From Nitrospinota bacterium (GTDB lineage: Bacteria; JADFOP01), in contig JADFOP010000013.1 in the NCBI GenBank assembly GCA_022562795.1, positions 1 to 47,637 on the forward strand: a DNA stretch of 47,637 nucleotides. Direction: 5' to 3'. Made by a program: the position numbers and the translations under genes. Shown piece after piece: positions 17,766-28,150 of the stretch. How positions within the stretch are numbered: the stretch's first letter is position 1; each line of letters begins with the position of its first letter. The notes under the pieces were generated by a model. The model did no database searches and was not told where the DNA came from. It was given only the letters and a program-made list of their open reading frames with translations.

Positions 17766-17900
17766 TTTGACACAGTGGACAGATTTGACATTTTTAGACA
17801 CTTTTGACATGGGTGCCCAGGTGTCCAATTCCGCCGTAACAAATTGAATATAAATATACAATGAGATAACCGGAGTGTCTAAAATAAGGCAGGTGTCTAA
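17766..17900. repeat. Iteron-like GACA array (5 direct copies, 9-10 bp period) plus inverted copies flanking an AT-rich core
   Basis: GACA at 17769, 17778, 17787, 17797 and 17806; TGTC at 17822, 17876 and 17894. Confidence 0.55.
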
Positions 17901-18030
17901 GGGTAAATGAGAATGAAAATCGGTGATAATGAAGGGTTGAGGGGCTTGGCCCCTGCAGGGACAGGGTTGAACCCTGTCCGAGCGGATCCGCCTGAGGAGG
18001 ACAAGGGCTGTCCCTACATCCTGGGTAGTC

Positions 18031-18066
18031 GGGGTTCCGCCTCAGGTGGACCTCAGGCGGGCCCCC
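18031..18066. repeat. REP-like palindromic element (TCCGCCTCAGG-TGGA-CCTCAGGCGG)
   Basis: Same architecture as 1560-1585 and also preceded by GGGTAGTC. Confidence 0.55.
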
Positions 18067-18094
18067 AACACATGTCTGGCTCTGAGGAGAACCC

Positions 18095-19199
18095 CTAACC
18101 CGCCGCTTGCATGAGGTAGGCTTCGATGAAGGGGTCGATCTCACCGTCCATGACGGCGTCGAGGTTGCCCGTCTCGACGCCCGTGCGGTGGTCTTTGACC
18201 ATCTGGTAGGGGTGGAAGACGTAGGAGCGGATCTGGCTGCCCCACGCGATATCCTTCTTGTCCTTATGCAGCTCTTCGAGCTTTTCGCGCTGGCGCTCCT
18301 GTTCGATCTTGTGGAGGCGGGCCCTGAGAATCTTCATCGCCGTGGCCTTGTTCTTATGCTGGCTCCGCTCGTTCTGGCAGGAGGCGACAATGCCCGTCGG
18401 AAGGTGGGTGATGCGTACCGCCGAGTCGGTGACGTTGACGTGCTGGCCGCCGGCGCCGCTCGAGCGATAGGTGTCGATTCTTAGGTCGTTCTCGTCGATT
18501 TCGACCTCGATCTCCTCGTCGATGTCTGGAAAGACGAATATGCTGGCGAAGGAGGTGTGGCGGCGGCGGTTGGTGTCGAAGGGGCTTATTCGCACCAGAC
18601 GGTGCACACCCACCTCGGAGCGGAGGTAGCCGAACGCGTATGGGCCGGACACCTCAAGGGTTGCGCTCTTGATGCCCGCCTCCTCGCCGCCCTGGACGTC
18701 TACGAGGCTTGTGGCGAAGCCCCTTCGTTCGGCCCAGCGGGCGTACATCCGAAGCAACATCTCGGCCCAGTCCTGGCTCTCGGTGCCCCCGGCGCCCGAG
18801 TGTATGAGGACGAGGGCGTCTCGGCCGTCGTGCTCTTCGGATAGCGTGAGCTGGAGCTCCTGGTCATCCAGGGCCTTTCCTATTCGCTTGACCGTGGCCT
18901 CGAGCTGGGCGATGAGCGCCCGGTCTTCCTCGGGCTCCTCGTCCACCAGGGAGATGAGTTCGGCCGTCTCGTCCACCTCCAGGCCCAAGCTATCCCAGTA
19001 GTCCAGAAGGTCGCCTATGTGAGCCCGCTCGCGGGAGAGGCGTTGCGCCCGCTCTGGATCATCCCAGAGGTCGGGCCGGGCGATGGTTTTGTCGAGCTCG
19101 CCCAGTCGGGCCCTTTTGGCCTCCAGGTCAAAGACGCCCCCGGAAGAGCTCCAACTTGGCGCGAAGCTCCTCGATTGTTCCGGCCAGGGCATCAAGCAT
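18095..19199 (-). CDS. prfB: Peptide chain release factor 2, programmed +1 frameshift
   Basis: ATG 19199 after AAGGAGG; 23 codons end at CTT-TGA-C (19133-19127); SPF and GGQ motifs. Confidence 0.97.
19127..19142 (-). other. prfB +1 frameshift site with internal Shine-Dalgarno-like sequence
   Basis: GGGGG-CGT-CTT-TGA-C on the minus strand. Confidence 0.92.
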
Positions 19200-19213
19200 A
19201 ACTCATCCTCCTT

Positions 19214-20842
19214 CTAGTCGTGCTCGTACTTGTACTCGTCCAGCGACAAGTCCGAGGTGATGACCATCGGGCCTCGGCCGGGGCCGGACCTCAAACGACC
19301 GACCACGGCTACTAGAATCAGCCCAATTAAGCAGGCGTATGCGAAGAGGTCGCCGATCCAGGTGTATAAAGCTCCCGGCTCGGCCACGACGGGAATGGTC
19401 TCTGTCACATGGGTGCGGACGAAGAGGTCCGTGGCCTGTACTACTCGCCCGAAGGGGTCCACGACTGCCGTTATTCCCGTGTTGGCCGCCCGAATGAGCG
19501 GGACCCGGTTCTCCACCGCTCGAAAGACCGCCATTGAGAGGTGCTGGGCGCTCGCCGCCGAGCGGCCGAACCATGCGTCGTTGGTGATGTTGACCAGGAA
19601 CTGCGCTCCCCCCTTAACGAACCGCCTCACCAGGTTGGGAAAGATGACCTCGAAGCAGATTAGCGTCCCAAATCGGCCCTGGGGGATTTCAAAGACAGTG
19701 TGGCGCTCGCCGGGATAGAAGGTCCCGATACCCTCAGCCAGCCTCCTCACGAAGAAGAGGACCGAGCTCAGAGGCACGTACTCCCCGAAGGGGACCAGGT
19801 GGATTTTGTCATAATGCTCCAGGGTCCCTCCTTCGGGGCCGAGCAGATAGGCCCGGTTGTAGTAAGCCTCCCGGCCGTCGATCTTCTCATACCCCGGCGC
19901 ACCCATCAGGTGGTAGACCTTCGTTCGGCGGACGACTGAGCGGACCTTCTCCTGCAGGGTTCCGTCCTGCTCGAAGTAGAATGGGGCGGCCGTCTCCGGC
20001 CAGACGATTAGCTGGGGCGCGGCGGGGCCTCGGCTCACCTCCGAGACCAGGACCGAGTAAAGGTTGACCGTCTCTTGCTGGGAGGCGGCGTCCCACTTGA
20101 GGTCCTGGGGGATGTTGCCCTGAAGCAGGGCGAATCGAAGCTTCGGGGTACCCGGCGGGACGGTCCGCTCCGGCCGCGCCAAAACGGACCATCCGTAGCC
20201 CAGGGCCAGGCCTACGGCCAGGGAGGCCGAGAGGATGAGCCTTACGTTGCTGGGCGCGGGCCTCCGGCGGACCAACCCGAATGTGCCGCTTCCGGCGAGG
20301 TTCTCAAACAGCTCCACGATCGTGGCATTGACCAGCACTATGAGGAACGCCACCCCGTATACGCCCGTGATGTCGGCAATCTGGATGACGGGCAACACGC
20401 TGAACTGGGAGTAGCCGAGGTTCGCCCAGGGGAAGCCGCTCAGGATGTGGGCCCGGGCGAGCTCCGCTACTACCCAGGCCAGCGGGGCAAGGAGCCAACG
20501 AAGGGCCCTCTGGCCTCCCGCGAGGACGACCACCGCCCATGCGAATAGGGCCACGTAGCAGGCCAGGTAGCCCGCCAGGAGCACTAGGACCCCAAGGCTT
20601 GCCGGCCAGGAGAGCTTGCCGTAGCGGGTCATTGTGTTCATGACCCAGAAGAGGACCGTTGAGTAGTGTATGAAGCCTGCAAGGGCGCCGAGCTTGAGGG
20701 CTTCGGTGGGCCTCGTGCGCCTAAGAGCCCAGAGCAACGGGACCAGGGCAACCCAGGCCACCACCCAAAGGTTCGAGGAGGGAAATGCCGCCGTCAGCAT
20801 ACCACCGCTTGCTGCGGCCAACAGCAGCTTATTCGTCGACAT
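19214..20842 (-). CDS. lnt: Apolipoprotein N-acyltransferase
   Basis: GFPWANLGYSQ, QGNI, WPETA, YDKIHLVPFGEY, ICFE, NDAWF, RAANTG; GGAGGAG RBS before ATG 20842. Confidence 0.96.
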   Translation of the reverse strand: MSTNKLLLAAASGGMLTAAFPSSNLWVVAWVALVPLLWALRRTRPTEALKLGALAGFIHYSTVLFWVMNTMTRYGKLSWPASLGVLVLLAGYLACYVALFAWAVVVLAGGQRALRWLLAPLAWVVAELARAHILSGFPWANLGYSQFSVLPVIQIADITGVYGVAFLIVLVNATIVELFENLAGSGTFGLVRRRPAPSNVRLILSASLAVGLALGYGWSVLARPERTVPPGTPKLRFALLQGNIPQDLKWDAASQQETVNLYSVLVSEVSRGPAAPQLIVWPETAAPFYFEQDGTLQEKVRSVVRRTKVYHLMGAPGYEKIDGREAYYNRAYLLGPEGGTLEHYDKIHLVPFGEYVPLSSVLFFVRRLAEGIGTFYPGERHTVFEIPQGRFGTLICFEVIFPNLVRRFVKGGAQFLVNITNDAWFGRSAASAQHLSMAVFRAVENRVPLIRAANTGITAVVDPFGRVVQATDLFVRTHVTETIPVVAEPGALYTWIGDLFAYACLIGLILVAVVGRLRSGPGRGPMVITSDLSLDEYKYEHD

Positions 20843-20944
20843 GGGCCGTCTCCTCCCCCGGCTCACTCCGCGAGGGGCCCTGTGCGGCCAGGCGTCGGTC
20901 CGGAGGCATCCTTCGCGAGGTCCGCGGCCAGGGCTCGCGCCCGG

Positions 20945-21469
20945 TCAGCCTTTGGAAGCGTAGACGAGGTACTTGGCCCAGGCGGCCTGCACCGAGGCCG
21001 GGGCACCTTGGGCGGTGCGGGCAAAGGAGAGGTCGCTAGGACGAACGGGCGGGCGTAGCAGCGACAAGGAGGTCTCATGGAGAGGGCGGTCGCCCTTCTT
21101 GGCGTTGCAGCTCCGGCATGCGATGACGACGTTCTCCCAGTCGGTCGCCCCGCCCCGGGAGCGGGGAATGACGTGGTCGAGGGTGAGTGTGCCGCCGCCG
21201 CCGCAGTACTGGCAGGTGTACTGGTCGCGCTTGAAGACGTTCTTCTTGCTGAAGGCCACGCCCGGCCGGTACGGCCTTCTAACGTAACGCATGAGGCGGA
21301 TGACGGCGGGCAGCCTCATCGTCAAGGAGGGCGAGCGAACCAGGTAGCCGTCAACCTCAACCTTCTGGGCCCGTCCCTTGAGGACCATGACGATGGCCCG
21401 CCGGGTGGCGCAAAACTGCAACGGCTCGTAAGAGCTATTGAGTACGAGGACTTTCCATTCGGGCAACAT
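20945..21469 (-). CDS. HNH endonuclease (McrA/HNH_5-like)
   Basis: VLVLNSSYEPL, RD..TCQYCG, TLDHVIPRSRGG, WENVV.AC..CN..KG. Confidence 0.92.
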   Translation of the reverse strand: MLPEWKVLVLNSSYEPLQFCATRRAIVMVLKGRAQKVEVDGYLVRSPSLTMRLPAVIRLMRYVRRPYRPGVAFSKKNVFKRDQYTCQYCGGGGTLTLDHVIPRSRGGATDWENVVIACRSCNAKKGDRPLHETSLSLLRPPVRPSDLSFARTAQGAPASVQAAWAKYLVYASKG

Positions 21470-21496
21470 TCCAACGTTCCTCTGGTGATGACCGAG

Positions 21497-21526
21497 ATTA
21501 TAAGGGCGGGCTCAAACAGTTGTCAA
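21497..21526 (-). promoter_or_regulatory. sigma70 promoter for HNH-lnt-prfB
   Basis: TTGACA-18-TATAAT. Confidence 0.65.
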
Positions 21527-21612
21527 CGGTCTTTTCCCTTCCACCCCGACTCGCTCTCTGGTATTCTTGCCTCAGAAGACCTTGATTTCCAACCAATTGG
21601 ATAGGAGCACTC

Positions 21613-23862
21613 GTGCTTCCGCGACCCCGCATCGTAAAGGTGACGCTGCTGGCAATCTCCCTGGTAATGGGAGGAGGGGCAGGCGCGCTCTTGAGCTACC
21701 TGCAGGACCTCCCCGAGGTCAAGTCCCTCGAGGACTACCGGCCCCAGACCGTAAGCCGACTCTACGACAAGGACGAGCGGCTAATCGCCACCTTCTATCT
21801 TGAGAAGCGCATCCTCGTTCCCTTGGGAAGCGTCCCCAAGACCCTCATTCAGGCCGTCATCGCCACTGAGGATGCCCGCTTCTACGATCACAGAGGCATC
21901 GACCCCAGGGGGATCGCCCGGGCCCTGTGGGCCGACATTAAGGCAGGCCGCATCGTTGAGGGCGGCTCCACCATCACCCAGCAGCTGGCCAAGGTCCTCT
22001 TCCTGACGCCCGAGCGGAGCCTCCGGCGCAAGATCAAGGAAGCCATCCTGGCGCTCCAGATCGAGAGGACGTACAGCAAGGACCAAATTCTGGAGTTTTA
22101 CCTCAACCAGGTCTATATGGGAAGCGGGGCATACGGCGTAGAGTCTGCCGCCCGGACCTACTTCGGTCGATCGGTCGAGGAGCTATCCCTGAGCCAGTCC
22201 GCCCTGCTCGCGGGCTTGCCCCGGGCCCCAAGCCGCTACTCGCCGTTGGGCCACCCCGACGAAGCCCTCAGGCGTCGAGCCCACGTGCTCGGCCGGATGG
22301 CAAAGATGGGCTTCATCATCCCTGAGGAGCAAGAGAGAGCCGCCCGAGAGCCCCTGCGGCTTGCCCAGAAAGTTGAGGAGCGCCACGCTCCCTACTTTGT
22401 CGAGCACGTGCGCAGGATTATCGAGGAGACCCATGGCGCTCAGGCCCTCTACCACGGGGGCCTGCACATCTCCACTACCCTGGACCTCGAGCTCCAGCGG
22501 GCCGCCGAAGAAGCCCTGGTCCGAGGTGCGAAGGCAGTCGAGAAGCGGGCCGGCTGGGAGCCGCTCGATCTCGACACCCCTCTTACGGAGCTCGATGGCC
22601 CGCCGGCCCTCGGTCAGCTCCTGACCGTCCTGGTCCTGGAGGTGCGGCCCAACGGCCTCGTCGTTGGCGTGGGAAACGAGGGCGGCTTCATCCCGGTTCA
22701 CACAATGGAATGGGCGAAAATCAACGACCCGTCGAAGGTCTTCAACATCGGTGAGCTCGTCCAGGGCCGGCTCGTTACCGTTGGGTCGGCCGGCAGCCCG
22801 CTTCGCTACACTCTGGCGTTGGACCAGGCTCCCCGCGTGCAGGGGGCCCTAGTCGCCTTGGACGTCTCAACCGGCGCCATCCGCGCCATGGTGGGCGGGG
22901 TGGACTTCGCTGCCAGCCAGTTCAACCGTGCTACCCAGGCCCGCCGCCAGCCGGGAAGCGCATTCAAGCCCTTCATCTACGCCGCGGCCCTCGACAACGG
23001 CTATACGGCTGCCGACCGGCTGGCCGACGCTCCCGTGGTATACGACGACCCCTCCACGGGCGAGCCCTGGAAGCCTACCAACTTCGAGAAGACCTTCCGC
23101 GGCTGGGTCACGGTGCGCACGGCCCTGGAGCATTCCATCAACGTGGCCACCGTCCGGCTGCTCAGTAAAATAGGCCCTTCCTCGGCCGTCGAGTACGCCG
23201 AACGGCTCGGCATCAACCCCTCTCTCAGGCCTTATCTCTCCCTGGCATTAGGGGCATTCGAGGTCTCCCCGATGGAGGTCACCAATGCCTACGGCGTCTT
23301 TGCCAGCGGAGGCATACGGGTCGAGCCTTACGCCGTTCAAGTCGTCACCGATGGGACGGGGGCCGTCGTGGACGAGCACGTTCCATCGCCTCGGGACGTC
23401 CTGAGGGCAGAGACGGCCTACCTCGTGACTTACCTCCTGCAGGGGGTGGTCAAACACGGCACTGGGCGTGTTGCCAGAAGCCTGGGACGGCCGGTCGCCG
23501 CCAAGACGGGCACGACCAACGACTTCCAGGATGCCTGGTTCATCGGCTACACGCCTCAGTTGGTCGTCGGCGTCTGGGTTGGACGTGACGACAACCGCCC
23601 ACTCGGAGAAGGTGCAACGGGGGCCCGCGCGGCCGGGCCCATCTGGGTGCAGTTCATGCAGCAGGCCATGAAGGGGTTGCCGGAGGAAGAATTCAAAGTG
23701 CCGCCAGGGGTCCGTTTTCTCAAGGTGGACCGCCGCACGGGCCTATTAAGCCGAGAGGGCTGTGGGCCAAAGGTGCGGGAGGCCTTCATCGAGGGCTCAG
23801 AGCCGACACGCTCCTGCACCGATACAACCCTTCAGGAACTCATGCGGAGAGATTTGGGATAA
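21613..23862 (+). CDS. mrcA: Penicillin-binding protein 1A (bifunctional transglycosylase/transpeptidase)
   Basis: EDARF..H.G, GGSTITQQ, RKIKE; transpeptidase motifs SAFK, SIN, KTG. Confidence 0.93.
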   Translation: MLPRPRIVKVTLLAISLVMGGGAGALLSYLQDLPEVKSLEDYRPQTVSRLYDKDERLIATFYLEKRILVPLGSVPKTLIQAVIATEDARFYDHRGIDPRGIARALWADIKAGRIVEGGSTITQQLAKVLFLTPERSLRRKIKEAILALQIERTYSKDQILEFYLNQVYMGSGAYGVESAARTYFGRSVEELSLSQSALLAGLPRAPSRYSPLGHPDEALRRRAHVLGRMAKMGFIIPEEQERAAREPLRLAQKVEERHAPYFVEHVRRIIEETHGAQALYHGGLHISTTLDLELQRAAEEALVRGAKAVEKRAGWEPLDLDTPLTELDGPPALGQLLTVLVLEVRPNGLVVGVGNEGGFIPVHTMEWAKINDPSKVFNIGELVQGRLVTVGSAGSPLRYTLALDQAPRVQGALVALDVSTGAIRAMVGGVDFAASQFNRATQARRQPGSAFKPFIYAAALDNGYTAADRLADAPVVYDDPSTGEPWKPTNFEKTFRGWVTVRTALEHSINVATVRLLSKIGPSSAVEYAERLGINPSLRPYLSLALGAFEVSPMEVTNAYGVFASGGIRVEPYAVQVVTDGTGAVVDEHVPSPRDVLRAETAYLVTYLLQGVVKHGTGRVARSLGRPVAAKTGTTNDFQDAWFIGYTPQLVVGVWVGRDDNRPLGEGATGARAAGPIWVQFMQQAMKGLPEEEFKVPPGVRFLKVDRRTGLLSREGCGPKVREAFIEGSEPTRSCTDTTLQELMRRDLG

Positions 23863-24120
23863 GGGAGCATATCATGACCTAGGAGACCCTAGAGGGGTCT
23901 CTTTTCATCCGAAAATTGTAAACCACAGGGCCGAGGTTGGGGTACTCAACGACCTAATAGCCGACACAGTTCACCGGGAATCTCTTCGGCGGAGGAGACC
24001 TACCCGATTCGAACAACATTTAGATAGTGGCCAAATCAGAATCGAAGGAGCACAATAATTAATAGTTGCTTACAGCTCAATGGGGGGACAGACCAGAAGG
24101 CAAAGCCACACGGAAAAAAT

Positions 24121-24179
24121 AATCTTGAACAAATTAGTCAACTTTATTCTTGACAAATCAGACTTTATGAGTAAAGATT
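24121..24179 (+). promoter_or_regulatory. Promoter region of the cys operon with two Rrf2 (IscR/CymR)-like boxes
   Basis: TTGAacaaattAGTCAA and GACT-N5-AGT flank TTGACA at 24150. Confidence 0.4.
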
Positions 24180-24331
24180 AAATGGTGGTTGGCCATCCAG
24201 TCGTCGCACGACGTATATATATTGTAGAAATAGGGGGAAGGGGTGGCTGCTTACCGGGTGATTTTCGCCGAGGCCCCCATGTCTAAGCGGATATCGACAG
24301 CGGCAAGCGAGATTTTGGAGCGCAGAGAAGA

Positions 24332-25123
24332 GTGGACGCAATTATCCATTTGATGTCCGGACTAAGTGGCCCGACGATCTTGATCGGCCTCGTCGTCGGC
24401 GTCCTGATAGGCCTGACAGGGATGGGCGGCGGTAGCCTTCTCACCCCCGCACTCATCGTGCTGCTTGGGCGTGACCCGCTCACGGCCGTCGGCACGGGGC
24501 TTGTCATCGCGGCCGTTACGAAGCTGTTTGGGTCGGTGGCCCACGGCCGCTTGGGAAATGTGGACGGAAGAACGACGCTCACGCTGTTGGCAGGCAGCCT
24601 TCCAGGCGCCCTCGCCGGAGCGGGCCTCCTCTGGGGCGTCCTCTACACCGGAGTGGTGGCTGTCGGCTCGCTGGTGAAGACGGCCATAGGGTTCACCCTC
24701 CTGCTGGCCGCGCTCTCGCTTTGGACCCGGCCGCTTTGGGAGCGGAGCGGTACGCGAGCGGCCCGCAAGCCTGAGGTGGTGAGGACCTCGACGGTGATGG
24801 TCGCCTTCGTCGTTGGGGCCCTCGTGACCTTGACCTCCGTGGGTACCGGAACCTTGCTTGTTCCGTTTCTCATCTTCTTCTACCGACTGCCCGTCTCTAA
24901 AGTGGTCGGGACGGATATCGTCCACGGGTTGGTTCTTACCGCTGTGGTCGCAACTATGTACGGGATCGGCGGACATGTGGATTGGACCCTTGCCACGACG
25001 GTCCTCGTCGGGGCCGTCCCCGGCGTGGTTCTTGGCAGCCACCTGAGCCTCCAGGTGCCGCAGCACACCATGGAGCGGATTCTCGGCTCGGTGCTTCTCG
25101 TAAGCAGCCTGAAGTTCCTATAG
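24332..25123 (+). CDS. Sulfite exporter TauE/SafE family membrane protein
   Basis: GLTGMGGGSLLTP, TSVGTG, VGTD; first gene of the sulfate operon. Confidence 0.9.
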   Translation: MDAIIHLMSGLSGPTILIGLVVGVLIGLTGMGGGSLLTPALIVLLGRDPLTAVGTGLVIAAVTKLFGSVAHGRLGNVDGRTTLTLLAGSLPGALAGAGLLWGVLYTGVVAVGSLVKTAIGFTLLLAALSLWTRPLWERSGTRAARKPEVVRTSTVMVAFVVGALVTLTSVGTGTLLVPFLIFFYRLPVSKVVGTDIVHGLVLTAVVATMYGIGGHVDWTLATTVLVGAVPGVVLGSHLSLQVPQHTMERILGSVLLVSSLKFL

Positions 25124-25174
25124 GGGCCGGAAGGTCAAGGAGACTGGATAATCTAGCGAAGGGAGAGAGACGAC

Positions 25175-25822
25175 GTGACAGAGCAGGGTTGCACCATCTG
25201 GTTTACAGGCCTATCGGGTTCTGGGAAAACGACTATCGCCGATTCTCTCAAAGACGCCCTACACAAGCGAGGGACGACAAAGGTAGAGATCCTCGACGGT
25301 GACGTTGTCAGGACCAATCTGAGCAAAGGGCTCGGTTTCTCTAAGGAAGACCGGGACACGAACATTCTTAGGATCGGCTTCGTCTGCGACCTGTTGTCGA
25401 GAAACGGGGTCGTCGCCATTGCGGCCGCCATATCACCATATCGCTCGACCCGCGACGCCGTCAGGGAGCGTATCGGAGAGGCATTCATAGAAGTCTTCGT
25501 AGACGCCCCCCTGGAGGTCTGTATGGAGCGGGATGTGAAGGGGCTCTACGAGCGAGCCCTGAAGGGAGAGATTCCCCAGTTCACGGGTGTTTCCGACCCA
25601 TACGAGGAGCCGCTGAGCCCTGAGGTGATTCTTAGGACCGACCGGGAGAAGGTTGAGCTAAGCGTGGCGAAGCTGCTAAGGGCCATGGAGCTTTTAGGTT
25701 TATTGCCGGAGGATGGCCGGATACTCAACGACGCTGAAGAAGAGGCGCTCCATCGTCAGCTTGCGGCGGCCGGCCGCTTGGCCAACCGTGCAAAGGCTGC
25801 ACAACGCGAGGTTGGGTCATGA
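25175..25822 (+). CDS. cysC: Adenylyl-sulfate kinase
   Basis: [36 protein letters not shown]. Confidence 0.96.
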   Translation: MTEQGCTIWFTGLSGSGKTTIADSLKDALHKRGTTKVEILDGDVVRTNLSKGLGFSKEDRDTNILRIGFVCDLLSRNGVVAIAAAISPYRSTRDAVRERIGEAFIEVFVDAPLEVCMERDVKGLYERALKGEIPQFTGVSDPYEEPLSPEVILRTDREKVELSVAKLLRAMELLGLLPEDGRILNDAEEEALHRQLAAAGRLANRAKAAQREVGS

Positions 25823-26577
25823 ACCCTACCAGGGGCGGGATAAGCCTTCCTGGGGCACTTAGGCGGGGCGAGGATATATCGCCTGCAGAGGTGCTCGCCT
25901 GGACCCTTGAGCATTTCAGCTCACGCGTTATCATGACGACGGCCTTCGGGCTCAACGGAGTGGCCCTCATCCACATGACCAACGCTTTTGAGCCGAGCAT
26001 GCCCATACTATTTATCGACACCGGATTCCACTTCCCAGAGACCCTGGAGACGAAGCACCGCGTTGTTGAGCGCTACGGGCTCAACCTCATCGAGTACCGA
26101 GTTCCACCCCCCCCTGAAGTAGACGAGAACCCTTCCGCCCTAGTGCCTTCCCCCGAGACCCCCGAGCTGTGCTGCGCCGAGCGAAAGGTCGAGACCTTCC
26201 AGCGGGCTCTTGCGGAGCTTAAACCCGACGCCGTTATCAGCGCCAGAAGCCGGCACCAGTCGGAGACCCGAAGCGAGCTTGCCATCATCGAGCTGGAGAC
26301 TCACCCGGTGCGGGTCAACCCGCTAGCCCAATTGAGCCTGGAGGAGGTCGAACGCTACGTTCGGGAAAACGAAGTTCCATACAATCCTCTCTACGACCGA
26401 GGCTTCAAGAGTGTGGGCTGCTGGCCCTGCACGCGGCCCGTCGAGCCCGGCGAAGATGTCAGGGCCGGGAGGTGGAGCGGTCAGGACAAGCAGGAGTGCG
26501 GCATCTGGATCGTCGACGGAGACGTCGTCCGCCGGCCTCAGGATGAGCGTCCCTCCTCGGAGCCGAACTCGCCATAG
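25819..26577 (+). CDS. cysH: APS/PAPS reductase, [4Fe-4S]-type
   Basis: [29 protein letters not shown]. Confidence 0.93.
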   Translation: MNPTRGGISLPGALRRGEDISPAEVLAWTLEHFSSRVIMTTAFGLNGVALIHMTNAFEPSMPILFIDTGFHFPETLETKHRVVERYGLNLIEYRVPPPPEVDENPSALVPSPETPELCCAERKVETFQRALAELKPDAVISARSRHQSETRSELAIIELETHPVRVNPLAQLSLEEVERYVRENEVPYNPLYDRGFKSVGCWPCTRPVEPGEDVRAGRWSGQDKQECGIWIVDGDVVRRPQDERPSSEPNSP

Positions 26578-26592
26578 GAGCGGAGGAGTCCA

Positions 26593-28122
26593 ATGGACGA
26601 AATCCAACACGCCTACCCAATCTTTCTCGACCTGCGCGGCAAGGCGTGCCTGGTCGTTGGCGGCGGCCGGGTTGCCACACGGCGGGTCCGGCGTCTCATT
26701 GAAAGCGGGGCTCGCGTCACGGTGGTCAGCCCGAAGGCCACGAGGGAAATCAAGGGGCTCCATGCTCGCGGCGAGCTGACGTACGTGGCCAGGCCGTACC
26801 AGAGAGGTGACCTTGCTGGCCACGGCTTCGTCATCTTGGCCACCGATGATGACGCCGCCCATGAGCAGGTGCTCCACGACCGCCTCGGCGAAGGTAGAGC
26901 CATTCTGGTCAACGATGCCATTCGGCCCGAGCGGGGCGACTTCACTGTTCCGGCGCTCTACCGGGAGGGCTCCTTGTCGGTGGCCGTCGCTACGGGGGGT
27001 CTGATGCCGAGGTTGGCGGCGGCAGTGGCAACCGAGGTTGGCCGTCTCTTCGGACAAACAGCGGCCGCCATTCTGCGCCGCTACCGGACCTGGAAGGGGA
27101 GGGTGATGCTCCAGCGCGAAACGAGCCCCGATGCGGTGCGCGCCCTCAGGCGGGCCGTCGACCAGCGGCTCCTGGAGGCCTTCCGCTCTGGCGACCTCGT
27201 ACGAGTCGCGGACACCATCGAACGCGCCGAGAAGCTCTCATTCATTGAGCCGGGCCGGGCGAATCCAGGGGCCGATCCGTACACCCGGCCGACGCCGGGC
27301 CAGACGGGGACTGTCTACCTCGTTGGCGCAGGCCCTGGCGATCCGGGGCTCCTCACCCTCAAGGGCAGAGATGTCCTCCGGCGGGCGGGGGCGGTCGTCT
27401 ACGATCGCCTCATCGACGCCACGCTCCTCGAGCTCCCCCCTCCTTGGGCGTGCCTTCTCCCCGTTGGCAAAGTGCCTGGCCGACACGCAGTGAGCCAAGA
27501 TGCCATCAACGAGCTGCTTAAAGAGCAAGCGGGTAAACACGAGGTTGTGGTGCGGCTCAAGGGGGGAGACCCCTTCATATTTGGACGGGGGGGCGAAGAG
27601 GCCGACTTTCTGCAAAACGAGGGAATTGCCTTCGAGGTGGTCCCGGGAGTGTCGGCGGCTGCGGCAGCTCCGGCCTACGCCGGCATCCCTCTCACACACA
27701 GGGACTGCGCATCCTCTTTCGCCGTCGCGACGGCTCATCCGGCCTGCGCCGAGGAGACTATCCCCATCGCAGTTCCAGAAGCCGACACCCTCGTCTACCT
27801 CATGGGCCTGGCCAACCTCCCGGCCATAGTCAAGGCCCTGCTAAGCAAGGGTAGATCCCCCGACACCCCCGTGGCCGTCATCAGTATGGCGACTACCGCC
27901 CGACAACAGGTTGTCTCCGCTCCGCTTGAGGCTATCGCAGAGGAGGCTCGCCGGGCAGACCTTCTTCCGCCTGCTGTCATTGTTGTGGGGGAGGTCGTCC
28001 GTTTTTCCGACCGCCTACAGTGGTTTAGAGAAGGCGGCGCCCGGGAATTTCCCGTGGACGCTTCACCCCAAGCCGCCTCGCGTTCAACCCTGAAGCAGGC
28101 GAAGTCGGCCCTGGCCGGCTGA
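26593..28122 (+). CDS. cysG: Siroheme synthase (dehydrogenase/ferrochelatase plus uroporphyrinogen-III methyltransferase)
   Basis: VVGGG.VA.R; VYLVGAGPGDPGLLT, RLKGGDPFIFGRGGEE, GIPLTHR. Confidence 0.93.
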   Translation: MDEIQHAYPIFLDLRGKACLVVGGGRVATRRVRRLIESGARVTVVSPKATREIKGLHARGELTYVARPYQRGDLAGHGFVILATDDDAAHEQVLHDRLGEGRAILVNDAIRPERGDFTVPALYREGSLSVAVATGGLMPRLAAAVATEVGRLFGQTAAAILRRYRTWKGRVMLQRETSPDAVRALRRAVDQRLLEAFRSGDLVRVADTIERAEKLSFIEPGRANPGADPYTRPTPGQTGTVYLVGAGPGDPGLLTLKGRDVLRRAGAVVYDRLIDATLLELPPPWACLLPVGKVPGRHAVSQDAINELLKEQAGKHEVVVRLKGGDPFIFGRGGEEADFLQNEGIAFEVVPGVSAAAAAPAYAGIPLTHRDCASSFAVATAHPACAEETIPIAVPEADTLVYLMGLANLPAIVKALLSKGRSPDTPVAVISMATTARQQVVSAPLEAIAEEARRADLLPPAVIVVGEVVRFSDRLQWFREGGAREFPVDASPQAASRSTLKQAKSALAG

Positions 28123-28150
28123 GCCACCGTCTACCGAAGGAGCAGCGTCG

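Noticed and set aside
17766-17812. Possible CRISPR array
   Set aside because: The period is only 9-10 bp, with no spacers and no cas genes.
17907-18098. 63-aa plus-strand ORF before the prfB stop
   Set aside because: It is made largely of palindromic repeat sequence, is low-complexity G/P-rich, and has no recognisable motif.
20945-21469. HNH nuclease as a defence or homing system
   Set aside because: It belongs to a widespread stand-alone family, and there is no adjacent methylase, intron, RNA array or compositional anomaly.
24180-24330. SAM or other riboswitch in the cys leader
   Set aside because: Small hairpins are present, but I could not find the SAM-I/II core consensus.
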